DNA of 50,034 nucleotides from Methanobacteriota archaeon (GCA_016180755.1 JACPAO010000072.1:1-50034); one strand, 5' to 3'. Counted from the first letter of the stretch, positions 8,534 to 18,810 are shown. Notes: generated by a model not told the origin, from the sequence alone. Program-made: numbers and translations.

Positions 8534-8950
8534 ATGCGCGTGTGGCGCGTCCACGACCAAGCCTTCGCCGCGGACGCCTGGACCGGGGAGGGCGCCCGCC
8601 TCCATGGGGGCCGCTGGAACCCGCCCGGGGTCACCGTCGTGTACGCGAGCGAGCACGCGGCCTTGGCGATCCTCGAAGTCTTGGCGGGCAACCTCCGCGA
8701 CGTGGACCTCAAGCACTTCCGGCTCCACGGCGCCGACGTACCCGATGGCCTCATCCACGACCTGCCGGCCGGGACCTCGGAGCATGCGCGCGCCGCTGCC
8801 TGGCTCGCAGCGGGGACACTAGCGTGCCGCGTCCCTAGCGCCGTGGCGCCCGGCACGAACATCCTTCTGAATCCCCTGTCCGCGGACTGGCACCGCGTCA
8901 CGATGTATCCTCCCGTCGCGATCGACCCAAGGCTCTACGGGCGTGGATGA
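8534..8950 (+). CDS. RES-domain toxin (NAD+ phosphorylase family)
   Basis: GEGARLHGGRWN..VVYASE..LAILE..RVPSAV..NILLNP. Confidence 0.9.
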   Translation: MRVWRVHDQAFAADAWTGEGARLHGGRWNPPGVTVVYASEHAALAILEVLAGNLRDVDLKHFRLHGADVPDGLIHDLPAGTSEHARAAAWLAAGTLACRVPSAVAPGTNILLNPLSADWHRVTMYPPVAIDPRLYGRG

Positions 8951-9093
8951 CGGATGGCTTCTTGCCACGACCAAGGCCCCCTTAGTCTCATGGGCGGTCC
9001 AAACATCCAAACGCCATGCGTGTCATGCCCATGCTCCCAAGCGGACGCCTCGGCGCGGAAAAGGGTTTAACGCGCACGCCTCATCCGCGCGGA

Positions 9094-10224
9094 GTGCAAT
9101 ACGAGGTCGTCCTCGCCCGGTACGGGGAACTCGGGATCAAGTCCCCGCCGGTCCGGCGACGGTTCGAGCGCGTCCTCCAGGAAAACATCGAGAAGGCGTT
9201 CGAGTCGGAGAAGCTCGACTGCATCGTGAGCCGCGTCCGCGGCCGGTTCCTCGTCCACTCGTCGGACCTTCCCCGGGCCCTCCTTGTCCTCGGTCGCATC
9301 TTCGGCCTCACGTCCGTAAGCCCCGCCGTCGTCCGCTCGAGCAAGATGGGCGAGCTCCTTCCCGCGATCGGCGCCTACTACGAGACGGTCGCGGCCGAAC
9401 GGCCCGCGATCCGGTCGTTCGCCATCCGCGCGCGCCGCTCCGGATCGCATCCCTTCTCCTCGCAAGACGTCGCCCGCGAAGGCGGCGGCGCCGTCCTCTC
9501 GGCCCCGCACGGAGCCCACCTCAAGGTCGACCTCGACAAGCCCGACCTCGAGCTGAGCGTCGAGGTCCGCGACGACAAGGCGTACCTGTTCCACGAGACG
9601 CAACGCGCCCCCGGCGGGCTCCCCATGGGAAGCCAGGGACGCGTCGCGGTCCTCCTCAAGGACCTCCACTCCCTCGTCGCCGCGTGGCTCATGCTGAAGC
9701 GCGGCTGCACGATCGTGCCGATCCACTTCGAGGGACTGACGGGGAGCCGCGAGCGCGCCGAGTCCTACGAAAAGGTCCTGCGCTCCTGGTACTTCCGCGG
9801 CCGCCTCGTCCACATCCCGCACCACGAGACGAGCGAATTCCCCCGCGACGCGACGTGCGTCCTCTGCATGCGCCAGATGGTCCGCAAGGCGGCCCTCCTT
9901 GCGAAGGCGAAGAAGTGCAAGGCTCTCGTGACGGGCGAGGCCTTCTCTTCGACGACCGTCGAGAACCTCACCTCGTTCGGCGGCCTCACGACGCTTCCCA
10001 TCCTGCGCCCGATTCTCGGCACCACGCCCGAGATGGTCTCGGACTTCCTCGCGGCGATGGGGATCGAGGCGAGCCAGGCCGTCCCCTTCTTCGAGCCGTG
10101 TCCCCTTCGCACGCGCGGCCGCCTCGGCGAGGACCGGCTCCGGCAGCTCGAGCAGGAACTCGCCGTCGAGGCGCGGGCCCACGCGGCCGTGCGCGAGCGG
10201 GAGCGCGCCGAGGCCGTCGTATGA
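9094..10224 (+). CDS. thiI: ThiI-like THUMP-domain protein with degenerate PP-loop
   Basis: RYGELGIKS N-terminus, THUMP domain, GGLPMGSQG, AAWLMLKRG, TCVLC; canonical SGGIDS replaced by KDLHS; GTG start after a TTTAA box. Confidence 0.8.
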   Translation: MQYEVVLARYGELGIKSPPVRRRFERVLQENIEKAFESEKLDCIVSRVRGRFLVHSSDLPRALLVLGRIFGLTSVSPAVVRSSKMGELLPAIGAYYETVAAERPAIRSFAIRARRSGSHPFSSQDVAREGGGAVLSAPHGAHLKVDLDKPDLELSVEVRDDKAYLFHETQRAPGGLPMGSQGRVAVLLKDLHSLVAAWLMLKRGCTIVPIHFEGLTGSRERAESYEKVLRSWYFRGRLVHIPHHETSEFPRDATCVLCMRQMVRKAALLAKAKKCKALVTGEAFSSTTVENLTSFGGLTTLPILRPILGTTPEMVSDFLAAMGIEASQAVPFFEPCPLRTRGRLGEDRLRQLEQELAVEARAHAAVRERERAEAVV

Positions 10225-11129
10225 AGGTCCTCGTCTTCGGAGCGGGCGCCCTCGGATCGCTCGTGGGCGCGCTGCTCTCCCGGGTCCACGACGTCACGCT
10301 CGTGGGCCGCCATGACCACGTCGACGCCATCCGGGGCCGCGGCCTAAGCGTGACGGGGAACGCCGAGCTCACCGTCCGCGTGAAGGCACAGGAATCCGTG
10401 ACCCCCGGCCTCCACCCCGACCTCGTCCTCCTCACCGTGAAGTCCTTCGACACCGCGACCGCCCTGGAGGCGCTCGCGCCCGCGATGGGCCCCGACACGA
10501 CCCTTCTCAGCGTGCAGAACGGCCTCGGTAACCTCGAGCTCGCCCAGGCGCGGTTCCCCGACCGCCTCGTCCTCGCCTCCGCCGTCATGGTCGGCGCCGC
10601 CCTGGAAGCACCCGGCCGCGTCTCGTGGAACGGGCCGGGGGAGATCATCATCGGCGCCTCCGCGAAGGAGGAGACCGAGGCCCGCGTCGTCGCCGTCGCG
10701 TTCGCCGCCGCGGGGATGCAGGCCCGCGCCGTCCCCGACATCCGACCCGCCCTCTGGCGCAAAGCGGTGGTGAATGCGGCCATCAACCCCTTGAGCGCGA
10801 TCGCGCGCGTCCCGAACGGCCGGCTCCTCGAGGACGCGCAGCTGCACGCGCGGCTCGTGTCGGCCGCCCGCGAGGCCGCGAGCGTCGCGCGCGCCGAGGG
10901 CGTCAATCTCCCCGAAGACGAGGCCGTCGCCTTGGTGGAGCGCGTCACCAAGCAGACGGCCGGCAACCGGTCGAGCATGCTCCAGGACGTCGAGCGCGGC
11001 CGCCGGACGGAGATCGACGCCATCAACGGGAGGATCCTCGCGGCGGCCCGCCGCCGCGGCCTCGCCTGCCCGACCAACGAGCGGCTCTTCGCTGAAGTGA
11101 AAGCCCTCGAACCGAAGGGCGCGGCCTGA
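10221..11129 (+). CDS. panE: 2-dehydropantoate 2-reductase
   Basis: FGAGALG, VKSFDT, QNGLG, WRKAVVNAAINP, SSMLQDVERGRRTEIDAING; ATGA overlap with thiI. Confidence 0.95.
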   Translation: MKVLVFGAGALGSLVGALLSRVHDVTLVGRHDHVDAIRGRGLSVTGNAELTVRVKAQESVTPGLHPDLVLLTVKSFDTATALEALAPAMGPDTTLLSVQNGLGNLELAQARFPDRLVLASAVMVGAALEAPGRVSWNGPGEIIIGASAKEETEARVVAVAFAAAGMQARAVPDIRPALWRKAVVNAAINPLSAIARVPNGRLLEDAQLHARLVSAAREAASVARAEGVNLPEDEAVALVERVTKQTAGNRSSMLQDVERGRRTEIDAINGRILAAARRRGLACPTNERLFAEVKALEPKGAA

Positions 11130-11130
11130 C

Positions 11131-11754
11131 CTACGCCGGCTTCGCCGCGCGGGCGACCGTCGCGCTGCGGTCGCCGTTGGTCTCGTCGTCGCGGACGAGG
11201 ACGGCGAGGCCCAAGGCGAGGCGTCGGTCGATCACGTCTTTCTTGTCAAGCGAAAGGTCGACCTGCGTGTGGTCGAGGCCCAGGAGCATCCTTCGCCGCG
11301 AGATCTTGCCGCCGATCGCCTGGCCCCAGTGAAGGTCGAAGGCGCGGGGCCGCGACGCGCCCATCGAAAGCAGCCGGCCGACCCACGAGTCGGACGCCGT
11401 CTCGGTCACCATCCCGACGGGGTCGCCGTCCGGGTTGAAGATGAACCATTCCGATTTCCCAAGGGGCGGGTAGACCTTCTTGCGGAACTCCCCGATCGGC
11501 CGGCCGGATTGCGAATCGACGACCTCGAAGACGATCTCCTGCGACTCCTTCGTGTCCGCGAAGAACGAGATCGCCTGCGCGTCCTTGCGGATGCGGCACG
11601 CCGCGACGAGTTCCCGCTCCGGGGTGTGGATCTCGTACCGTCGGCCCCGGGGCGTGGGGCGCTCGACGATGTTGTAGACGCGGTAGCCCCAGCGGCCCGG
11701 CCCGACCGGATCGGTCGATGGCTTCGGCCGCGCCTTCGCCATACGTCTTTCCAT
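11131..11754 (-). CDS. LURP-one/Tubby-C/scramblase-like protein
   Basis: Repeated beta-hairpin units ending in IG/VG and terminal helix IDRRLALGLAVL. Confidence 0.6.
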   Translation of the reverse strand: MERRMAKARPKPSTDPVGPGRWGYRVYNIVERPTPRGRRYEIHTPERELVAACRIRKDAQAISFFADTKESQEIVFEVVDSQSGRPIGEFRKKVYPPLGKSEWFIFNPDGDPVGMVTETASDSWVGRLLSMGASRPRAFDLHWGQAIGGKISRRRMLLGLDHTQVDLSLDKKDVIDRRLALGLAVLVRDDETNGDRSATVARAAKPA

Positions 11755-11841
11755 TCGTCGCCTTCTATATGAGGGTGCCGACCTTCGGAAAGAAACGCGC
11801 GCGAGGATTTCCTGCCCCGCCGCGGCGCGAAGGCGCGGCCG

Positions 11842-13635
11842 CTACACGCCGGCCCGGTACCGCACGACGATCTCGAACGTGGCGGTCTCCCCCGGATAGC
11901 TCGGCGAGACCTCGAATCGCCAACTTCCGTACGAGAACGACGACAGCGACGTCGTCTCGAACTTCATCTGCTCCTGACTCCGTTGGTCCTGCACGGGCCG
12001 TCCGCCCGCGTCGGCGACCTGGAGGCAGTCCGGGCCGGGCGTCGGGCAGACCGTCTGCGGGGGCTGGTCCTTGATGGTCGCCGCGACGTACACGCGCGCC
12101 GCGGTCGCCTCGACGGGGAAGTACGTGCGCAGCCGCTGGTCCGGCGTCGCGTTCTGCGGCAGGCGAGCGTACGTGATGTTGGTGTGGCTGTACACCTCGA
12201 AGTAGACGGAGTCCGTGAAGATCGCCTGGCCGGGCAGGTTCGGCGTGTCCTTGAGCTTCAAGGTCGCCTGCAGCTGCTTCAGCCCGGCCGTGGCGAAGTC
12301 GGGGCCGCCGAGGGTGAAGCCGTCGCGCACCTCCTTGCGGAACTCGAAGAACCGCTTGCGGGCGTCGATGTTCTGGATCGACCAGACGACCTCGAGCTCC
12401 TCGTGGTTGTAGTCGGGGTTGTCGTCGCCCTTGGTCGGGAACGAGGACTCCGGGGGCCGCAGCTTCTTCTCGCCGGCGGTCGAGTTGTAGATCCGGATCG
12501 AGAAGGGGACCTTCTCGTCCGAGTACTTGTTGAGCTGCTGCGCCGAGGCGAGGATCTCGACCGCGAGTTGCGAAGCGGGCGTGATGGGCTTGGGGCTGTA
12601 GATGCCCCGTTCCACGTCGACCGCGAACGTGAGGGGTTTCTCAACGAGCTCGAGGAGCTGATGCTTGAGAAGGCGCCGCTCGAGGCGGACCTGCTGGGTG
12701 TAGGTGAAGTCGAAGTTGCCACTGTCGTCGCGGCCGGAGGCCGCGAGCGTCACCTTCTGGGTCTCGACGTAGTCCACGAAGTTCAGGACGGCCTCGCTGT
12801 AGGTGTAGTCGAACTCGACGCGGAAGTCGAAGGAGATCTTGCGGACGTCCGCCCCGGAGCCCTCCAGGCTGTCCTTGATGCCGGCCTGGATCTCGCTTAG
12901 GTCGTAGGGCTCGAGGCTGCCTTCCAGGCGGACGGCGCTGAACGTGCCCGCCGGGACCGTCACGGAGGCAAGGCGCCGCGCGCGTCCCTCGAAGACCCCG
13001 AGTTCGCCCCCGAGCGCGTCGATCGTCTCCTCGTTGCGCCAGCTGCGGCCCTTCGTGAGCGGCCAGCTGAAGCGCTGCTGCTCGTTCTCGGGCCGCGTCG
13101 GGTCGGCCACCTCCCCTTCCTCCTCGGTCGCGGTCGGTTCTTCGGTGGGCGACTCGGACGACGAGGTGGCCGTCGGCCCGCCTTGGGCAGGCTCATCGGC
13201 GCCGGAAAGCTGGACCTCGCCGTTTCGCCAGTCCACGTACGTCGGGGAGACAAAGTTGAGCTGCTCCGAGTACACCCAGGCCGCCCAGAAGTCGCTCGCC
13301 TGCTGGTCGGTGTCGTTCTCGTCGGGGACAAAGCGCTGGAGCACGGCGGCCGCGTAGATCGGGATGCCCTCGACGCTCACGGCGGTGGAGTTGAAGATCT
13401 CCATCCGAAACGTCCGGTTGATGACGGTGTTGCCCTCTTCTTCCTCGAGGTCCTCGATGTTCGAGGGCGCGTCGCCGCTGAGGGACGACGTGCGCGTCTC
13501 CTGTTCCTCGTATTCCCACCCGTACCCGGCCATCCAGACCGGAAGGTCAATCGTGAAGGAGGCGCCCGAGCAGCCCGCGAACGCGGGCCCGACGACGAGG
13601 GCCGCGGCCAGGACGCCGAGGAACCGGGGGCGCAT
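11842..13635 (-). CDS. Large secreted lipoprotein of unknown function
   Basis: Signal peptide with FAGC lipobox; VTVPAGTF motif; beta-rich C-terminal domains; host-like codon usage. Confidence 0.8.
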   Translation of the reverse strand: MRPRFLGVLAAALVVGPAFAGCSGASFTIDLPVWMAGYGWEYEEQETRTSSLSGDAPSNIEDLEEEEGNTVINRTFRMEIFNSTAVSVEGIPIYAAAVLQRFVPDENDTDQQASDFWAAWVYSEQLNFVSPTYVDWRNGEVQLSGADEPAQGGPTATSSSESPTEEPTATEEEGEVADPTRPENEQQRFSWPLTKGRSWRNEETIDALGGELGVFEGRARRLASVTVPAGTFSAVRLEGSLEPYDLSEIQAGIKDSLEGSGADVRKISFDFRVEFDYTYSEAVLNFVDYVETQKVTLAASGRDDSGNFDFTYTQQVRLERRLLKHQLLELVEKPLTFAVDVERGIYSPKPITPASQLAVEILASAQQLNKYSDEKVPFSIRIYNSTAGEKKLRPPESSFPTKGDDNPDYNHEELEVVWSIQNIDARKRFFEFRKEVRDGFTLGGPDFATAGLKQLQATLKLKDTPNLPGQAIFTDSVYFEVYSHTNITYARLPQNATPDQRLRTYFPVEATAARVYVAATIKDQPPQTVCPTPGPDCLQVADAGGRPVQDQRSQEQMKFETTSLSSFSYGSWRFEVSPSYPGETATFEIVVRYRAGV

Positions 13636-13748
13636 CAGGCTGCACCAGCCCGGTGGGGACTTAAAGCTTGTTTCCTCCCCGTCGCGCGCGGTCGGCGGCG
13701 CGCCCCGTCGCTTCCGCTAGGAGGCAAGGGGAGGAGAACGAGGCAACC

Positions 13749-14582
13749 CTAGTTGCGCCGCCGCAGGAGGAGTCCGGCGAGGGCGAGGACGGCGATCCCG
13801 ATCGGGGCGCCCGGGGCCGGGACGTCCCAGCTCGAGTCGGAGCCGCCCGTGAGGCTGAAGCCGAGGAGGATCCCGGACCGGCCCGTGAAGCAGTTCACGT
13901 GCTCGGCCGTGAAGACCATGGCGCCCGACTCGGCGTCGTAACGCTCGGCCGCGCAGTCGGGCTGGATCGAGGCCGGGTCGATCGACCAGCCGTCGAGCCC
14001 GCGGACCGTGAGGCTGAAGTCCCCGATGACCTCGGCGGCCTTCTCCTCTTCGACCTCGTGGAAGTAGTAGCGGTCCATGTCGAGCTTGACCGTGTGCACG
14101 TCGGCGGCCTTCGTGGGAAACCCGACCGTCGCTACGAAGCTCAGGGTGATGCCTTCCTCCTGGTCGACGGGCCCGATGAGGCCGCCCGCCGCGAGGGCGT
14201 CGACCTTGGCCGCCTTGGGGTTCGTCGTGTCGATCACGAGGTGCCCGACGTAGTTCTCGTCGTGGACGTAGTGCTCGAACTCGTTCTGGACGAAGGTCTT
14301 GATGACCGTCTCGGCGAGGTCCGCCTCCTCCTCGCTCACGTTCCCGTCGGCCTCGTTGCCGTCCATGCCGTCGACCATGCCGCGGACCATGGCCGAAGCG
14401 TTCGGGCCGATCTCGATGCCCTGCCAGGAGACCGAGATCTGGGTGGAGGAGACGCTCACTTCGATGGCTCCGACGTCCTTGAGCTCCTTTTGAAGGTCCT
14501 CGAAGCTCGGCTCGGCTGTGGCCGTCGGGATGCTGAAGGCGAGGGCCAGGCCGAGGATGGTCAGGACCGCGAGTTTTTGCAT
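13749..14582 (-). CDS. Secreted acidic surface protein with C-terminal sorting signal (VPxP-TM-RRR)
   Basis: GGAGG RBS, signal peptide, ends WDVPAPGAPIGIAVLALAGLLLRRRN, an archaeosortase-type tripartite tail. Confidence 0.8.
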   Translation of the reverse strand: MQKLAVLTILGLALAFSIPTATAEPSFEDLQKELKDVGAIEVSVSSTQISVSWQGIEIGPNASAMVRGMVDGMDGNEADGNVSEEEADLAETVIKTFVQNEFEHYVHDENYVGHLVIDTTNPKAAKVDALAAGGLIGPVDQEEGITLSFVATVGFPTKAADVHTVKLDMDRYYFHEVEEEKAAEVIGDFSLTVRGLDGWSIDPASIQPDCAAERYDAESGAMVFTAEHVNCFTGRSGILLGFSLTGGSDSSWDVPAPGAPIGIAVLALAGLLLRRRN

Positions 14583-14780
14583 GTTGTTTCCTCCCACGTT
14601 TGAGTCGAAACTTGAGCCGATATTCCGGGCTAGGCCGACCGACGCTATTTATGAATTGTGGTTGGTCGGGCGAAAACCTGGAAACGCCCTTGCGCGCGCG
14701 ATTTCCTCCTGGAATCGTGCCCTCGAAGCCTTAAGGGGCGCTCGAAACGTCTAAGTGCCGGGCGCCGGCTCCCGCCGAGG

Positions 14781-15884
14781 ATGCCGCGGGCGCTTTTGGC
14801 GGTTCTGGTGCTCCTGGGCGTCGCCCTTTCAGGATGTCTCCGAAACGACCCGGCGGACGGGACGCTTACGCCGACGACCCCGGGCGCCGAGGCCGATTCG
14901 TGCACGAACGTCCCAGCCCCCACGTGGTCGCAGCAGGACGCCGCGCTGCGCGGGGCGAATGCGTTCGACTACGTCATCGGGCTCATCTGCGACCACTCCG
15001 GCGGAGCCCCGAAGGAACGCGCCCGCGTCCCCGGGACCCCGCAACAGGTTCAAGGCGCCGCGTACCTCCACGGCGAGCTCAAGGAGGCGGGCTGGAACGC
15101 CCAGTTCCAGAACTTCACCGGGGCGCAGTACGACACGATCATGCAGGCGCGCGGCGGCTCGCATGCGCAATGGTGGCGCGACTGCACGGCCGCCGACCAG
15201 GTGCGCATGCGCGGCCTTCCGTTCTCCAACGTCGAAGCGCGGTTCGGCTCCGGCTCCCGCATCGTCCTCCTCATGGCCCACTGGGACTCGAAACGGTTCG
15301 CCGACGGGGACTCCGACGCGAAGCGCCGAACCGAGCCGGTCCTGGGCGCCAACGATGGGGCCTCGGGGGTCGGGCTCCTCCTCGAGCTCGCGCGCGTCCT
15401 CGCGAAGGAGCCCGCGAGCACGACGTGGCAGTACCGGATCCTCCTCACCGACGGGGAGGACGGCTTCGAGGACTGCCACCCCTTGGCCGGCTCGACCTAC
15501 TACGCGGAAGGCCTGTCGGCCGCCGAGCGGACCCTCTTCCAAGCCATCCTCCTCCTCGACATGGTCGGCGACGAGGACGCCGGGTTCTACCGGGGCTGCG
15601 GCTCCGACACGGCCCTCGGCGACCGCCTTTGGACGGTCGCGGCCCGGCTCGACGTGCGTCAGTTCAAGAACACGACGGGCTGCAACGGGATCACCGACGA
15701 CCACACCCCGTTCGAGGACCGGAGCATGAAGTCGGTCGACGTCATCGACTACCACTTCGGCGAAGGCTTCCCGTCCTACTGGCACACGACCGGCGACACG
15801 CCCGACAAGATCAGCCCCGACATGCTCGGCGCCGTGGGACGCGTCGTCCAGCAGACCCTCAAGGAGCTTCCTATCGCGCCTTGA
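14781..15884 (+). CDS. M28-family metallopeptidase/glutaminyl-cyclase-like lipoprotein
   Basis: LSGC lipobox; AHWDS, GANDGASG, DGED, LDM, DDH, YWHT motifs. Confidence 0.9.
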   Translation: MPRALLAVLVLLGVALSGCLRNDPADGTLTPTTPGAEADSCTNVPAPTWSQQDAALRGANAFDYVIGLICDHSGGAPKERARVPGTPQQVQGAAYLHGELKEAGWNAQFQNFTGAQYDTIMQARGGSHAQWWRDCTAADQVRMRGLPFSNVEARFGSGSRIVLLMAHWDSKRFADGDSDAKRRTEPVLGANDGASGVGLLLELARVLAKEPASTTWQYRILLTDGEDGFEDCHPLAGSTYYAEGLSAAERTLFQAILLLDMVGDEDAGFYRGCGSDTALGDRLWTVAARLDVRQFKNTTGCNGITDDHTPFEDRSMKSVDVIDYHFGEGFPSYWHTTGDTPDKISPDMLGAVGRVVQQTLKELPIAP

Positions 15885-17262
15885 CCTCGGGCGCGCGGAG
15901 GAGGCGCTTCGACTCGTCCACGAACTCCTTCGCGAGGGCCACGCTCCTTGCCTCGGACTTCGATTCGGCGTAGACGCGGTAGATGGGCTCCGTCCCGCTC
16001 GGGCGGGCGAGCACCCAGCCGTCCTCGAAGTACACCTTGAAGCCGTCCGTCTCGTCGATGCGCGCCTTCGGGTACTTGGCGCGCGTCCAGTCGCGAAGCG
16101 ACCGCGCGAGCCCGTCCTTGGCCTCGTTCGCGCACTCGAACTTCTGCTTCGAGACGAAGAACTTCGGTAGAGCGGAGCGCAGGGCGCCCAGGCTCTTGCC
16201 GCTTGTGAGGATGAGCTCCACCATCCGCGCGACGCTCATGAGGGCGTCCCGGCAGTACTGGTGGTCCGGGAAGATGAGGCCGCCGTTCTCCTCGCCGCCG
16301 AAGACGGCCTTGTCCTTGCGCATCCTCCGGCCGACGATGGGCGAGCCGACGGCCGTGTACACGACCTTGCCGCCCGCGCGCGTCACGACCTCCTCGACGA
16401 CCGAGCCCGTCGACACGGGCGTGCACACGAGGCCCCCTTTGTGCCGCTTCACGAGGTGCTCGGCGATGAGCGCGAAGCTCTGGTCGCCGGGGACGAACGC
16501 GCCGGTCTCGTCGACGAAGATGGCGCGGTCCGCGTCCCCGTCGTGGGCGACGCCCAGGTCCGCCTTCGTCTCCTTGACGCGCTCCTTGAGCTTCGCGAGG
16601 TTGTCCTCGACGGGCTCGGGGCTCCTTCCGGCAAACGTCCCGTCGAGCTCGCCGTGGAGGAGAATCGGTTCGCAGCCGATTGATCGCAGGAACCGAGGCG
16701 TGACGAGCGTGCCGGGCCCGCCCGCGGGGTCGACGACGACGCGCAGTTTCCGGCGCTTGCCGTCGGGGACCTTGAACTTCTTCTGCACGGCCTTCACGTA
16801 GGCGTCGTTGCACGTCTCGTCGGAGCTCAGCCGTCCCACGTCCTTCCACGAGGCGAGCCGGAACTTCTGGGACGCGTAGAGCTGCTCCACGTGCTCCTCG
16901 TCCTCCCGGGAAGCCTCGGTCCCGTCGGCGGCGATGAACTTGAGCCCGTTCCACTGGCCGGGGTTGTGGCTCGCCGTCACGATGACGGCGGCGTCCACCT
17001 CCTCGTTCTGGGACGTGTAGTACTGGATCGCGGGCGTGGTCGCGACGCCGAGGCGCACGACGTTCACGCCGGTCGCAAGGAGGCCGGCGACGGCGGCCGC
17101 CGACAGCATGGGGCCCGAGAGCCTCGCGTCCCGGCCGATGGCGACGGTCGAGCCCGCGCCGAGGTGGGTGCCGAGCGCGAGGCCGAGGCGCAGGGCCACC
17201 TCGTGGGTCATGTCCTGGCCGACGATGCCCCGCACGCCGTCCGTTCCAAAGAGCCTCGTCAT
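15871..17262 (-). CDS. glmM: Phosphoglucosamine mutase / phosphohexomutase
   Basis: LFGTDGVRG, TASHNP, DGDADR, GEENGG, RPSGTEP. Confidence 0.9.
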   Translation of the reverse strand: MTRLFGTDGVRGIVGQDMTHEVALRLGLALGTHLGAGSTVAIGRDARLSGPMLSAAAVAGLLATGVNVVRLGVATTPAIQYYTSQNEEVDAAVIVTASHNPGQWNGLKFIAADGTEASREDEEHVEQLYASQKFRLASWKDVGRLSSDETCNDAYVKAVQKKFKVPDGKRRKLRVVVDPAGGPGTLVTPRFLRSIGCEPILLHGELDGTFAGRSPEPVEDNLAKLKERVKETKADLGVAHDGDADRAIFVDETGAFVPGDQSFALIAEHLVKRHKGGLVCTPVSTGSVVEEVVTRAGGKVVYTAVGSPIVGRRMRKDKAVFGGEENGGLIFPDHQYCRDALMSVARMVELILTSGKSLGALRSALPKFFVSKQKFECANEAKDGLARSLRDWTRAKYPKARIDETDGFKVYFEDGWVLARPSGTEPIYRVYAESKSEARSVALAKEFVDESKRLLRAPEVKAR

Positions 17263-18255
17263 CTACTCGTCCCCGGGCCGCATCCCGATTCGCTGGTCCT
17301 TGATTTGGACCTTGCCTTGGACGATGGCGTAGTCCCCGACCGTGACGCGGTCGAGCCGGGCGCCCGCCTCGATCTCGGCGCCCTCGCCGATGACGCAGTC
17401 CCGGAGGACGGCCTTCGCCCCGATGTGGGCGTCAGGGAGGAGGACGCTTCGTTCGACGACGGCGCCCGTTCCGAGCTCGACGCGGTCCCCGAGCGCGTAG
17501 GAGGAGAAGGAGGCATCCTGGAGGCCGCGGACCTCGGTGCCCACGACGTGCGGCTTCCCCTGGGCGGCCAAGGCGAGCCGGTGCGCTTCGAGGTAGGACT
17601 CGGGCCGGCCGCAGTCGATCCAGTATCCCTTGAACTCGAAGCCGAACAGGGTGGCCTCCGCCTTCGCCATCGGCGTGAAGACCTCGCGTTCGAGGCTCAC
17701 GAACTTGTTCTTGGGAATCTTGTCGAGGATGGCGAGGTCGAGGAGGTAGTGGCCCGCGTTGATGAGGTTCGAGGGTTCCTTGCCGGGGGGCGGCTTCTCG
17801 ACGAACTCCTCGATCCGGGCCTTCCCGTTGAAGCGCACGACCCCGTAGTGCCACGGGTCCTCGACGTGCCAGAGCGAGATCGTCGCCTTCGCCTTCCGGG
17901 CCTCGTGGAACCTGCGCATGGCCTCGAGGTCGTTCGACGACACGATGTCCGCGTTGTACACGAAGAAGGGCCCCGAGAAGTGCTTCTCGACGCGCTTTAT
18001 GGCGCCGCCCGTGCCCATCGCGGTCGGCTCGTCGACGAGCACGACACGCGGATCGGGGTGCTCCTCGAAGTGGGCTTGCATGAGCTCGGAGAGGTAGTTC
18101 ACGGGGACGACGACGGTGTCGACGGCCTTGGGGAGGCTCGCGAGGACCCAATCGACCATCGGCCGGTTGAGGATCGGAAGGAGCGGCTTGGGCCGGCTGT
18201 ACGTGAGCGGACGCATCCGTGTGCCCTGCCCACCCGCGAGGACGATGGCTTCCAT
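17263..18255 (-). CDS. NDP-sugar synthase (mannose/glucose-1-phosphate nucleotidyltransferase) with hexapeptide tail
   Basis: LAGGQGTRMRPLT..PKPL, FVEKP, INAG, WIDCG; left-handed beta-helix C-terminus. Confidence 0.93.
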   Translation of the reverse strand: MEAIVLAGGQGTRMRPLTYSRPKPLLPILNRPMVDWVLASLPKAVDTVVVPVNYLSELMQAHFEEHPDPRVVLVDEPTAMGTGGAIKRVEKHFSGPFFVYNADIVSSNDLEAMRRFHEARKAKATISLWHVEDPWHYGVVRFNGKARIEEFVEKPPPGKEPSNLINAGHYLLDLAILDKIPKNKFVSLEREVFTPMAKAEATLFGFEFKGYWIDCGRPESYLEAHRLALAAQGKPHVVGTEVRGLQDASFSSYALGDRVELGTGAVVERSVLLPDAHIGAKAVLRDCVIGEGAEIEAGARLDRVTVGDYAIVQGKVQIKDQRIGMRPGDE

Positions 18256-18411
18256 GTCGGCGGCCGCCGAACGCTTCCCGGGATAAGGCCTTGCTGAGCC
18301 GAGCATCGCAGGCGCGTCCCACGGACGTTGTGCGCAGTTGAGCGCTCGACGCGGAGTCCGCGGCCTCGCCAAAGACAAGGGTTAAGTACGGGCCGTCCCA
18401 CTCGAAAAACG

Positions 18412-18807
18412 ATGAGGGCAAAGAGGGCGCTAATGGTAGTCAGCCTCCTCGTTTCGCTCGTGGCGGGCGGATCCTTCGGGGCCCTCGCCTTCCTCGACTC
18501 CAGTTCGCGGGACGGCTCCTCGGACCCCACCTTCGGCGAGAACGGCTTCGGCCCCGCCCCGACCCTCGACCGGGACGTCGGCACGGCCGCGGACGAGCGC
18601 GTCGAGGACGCGAGCGCCACCGGCCTGTTCCTTTGGATCGGCGCCATCGTCTCCAGCGTCGTGTTCCTCGTGAGCGCCACGCTCTTCCGCCTCGAGGTGC
18701 GAAAGGAGAAGGACAGCCTCCGCGCGAAGAAACAGCGCGCGGACTACTACAAGGAACTGCGAAAGTACAACGCCCAGCTCAAGGGTCCGCCGAAGGACAA
18801 CACGTAG
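18412..18807 (+). CDS. Small two-TM membrane protein
   Basis: Two hydrophobic helices and basic tail; TTAAGTA box ~25-30 nt before ATG. Confidence 0.7.
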   Translation: MRAKRALMVVSLLVSLVAGGSFGALAFLDSSSRDGSSDPTFGENGFGPAPTLDRDVGTAADERVEDASATGLFLWIGAIVSSVVFLVSATLFRLEVRKEKDSLRAKKQRADYYKELRKYNAQLKGPPKDNT

Positions 18808-18810
18808 GCG

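Noticed and set aside
8943..10220. Apparent ~426-aa N-terminal extension of PanE
   Set aside because: Out-of-frame overlap with thiI; the real start is the ATGA overlap at 10221. The extensions of proS, the subtilase and the asparaginase were trimmed for the same reason
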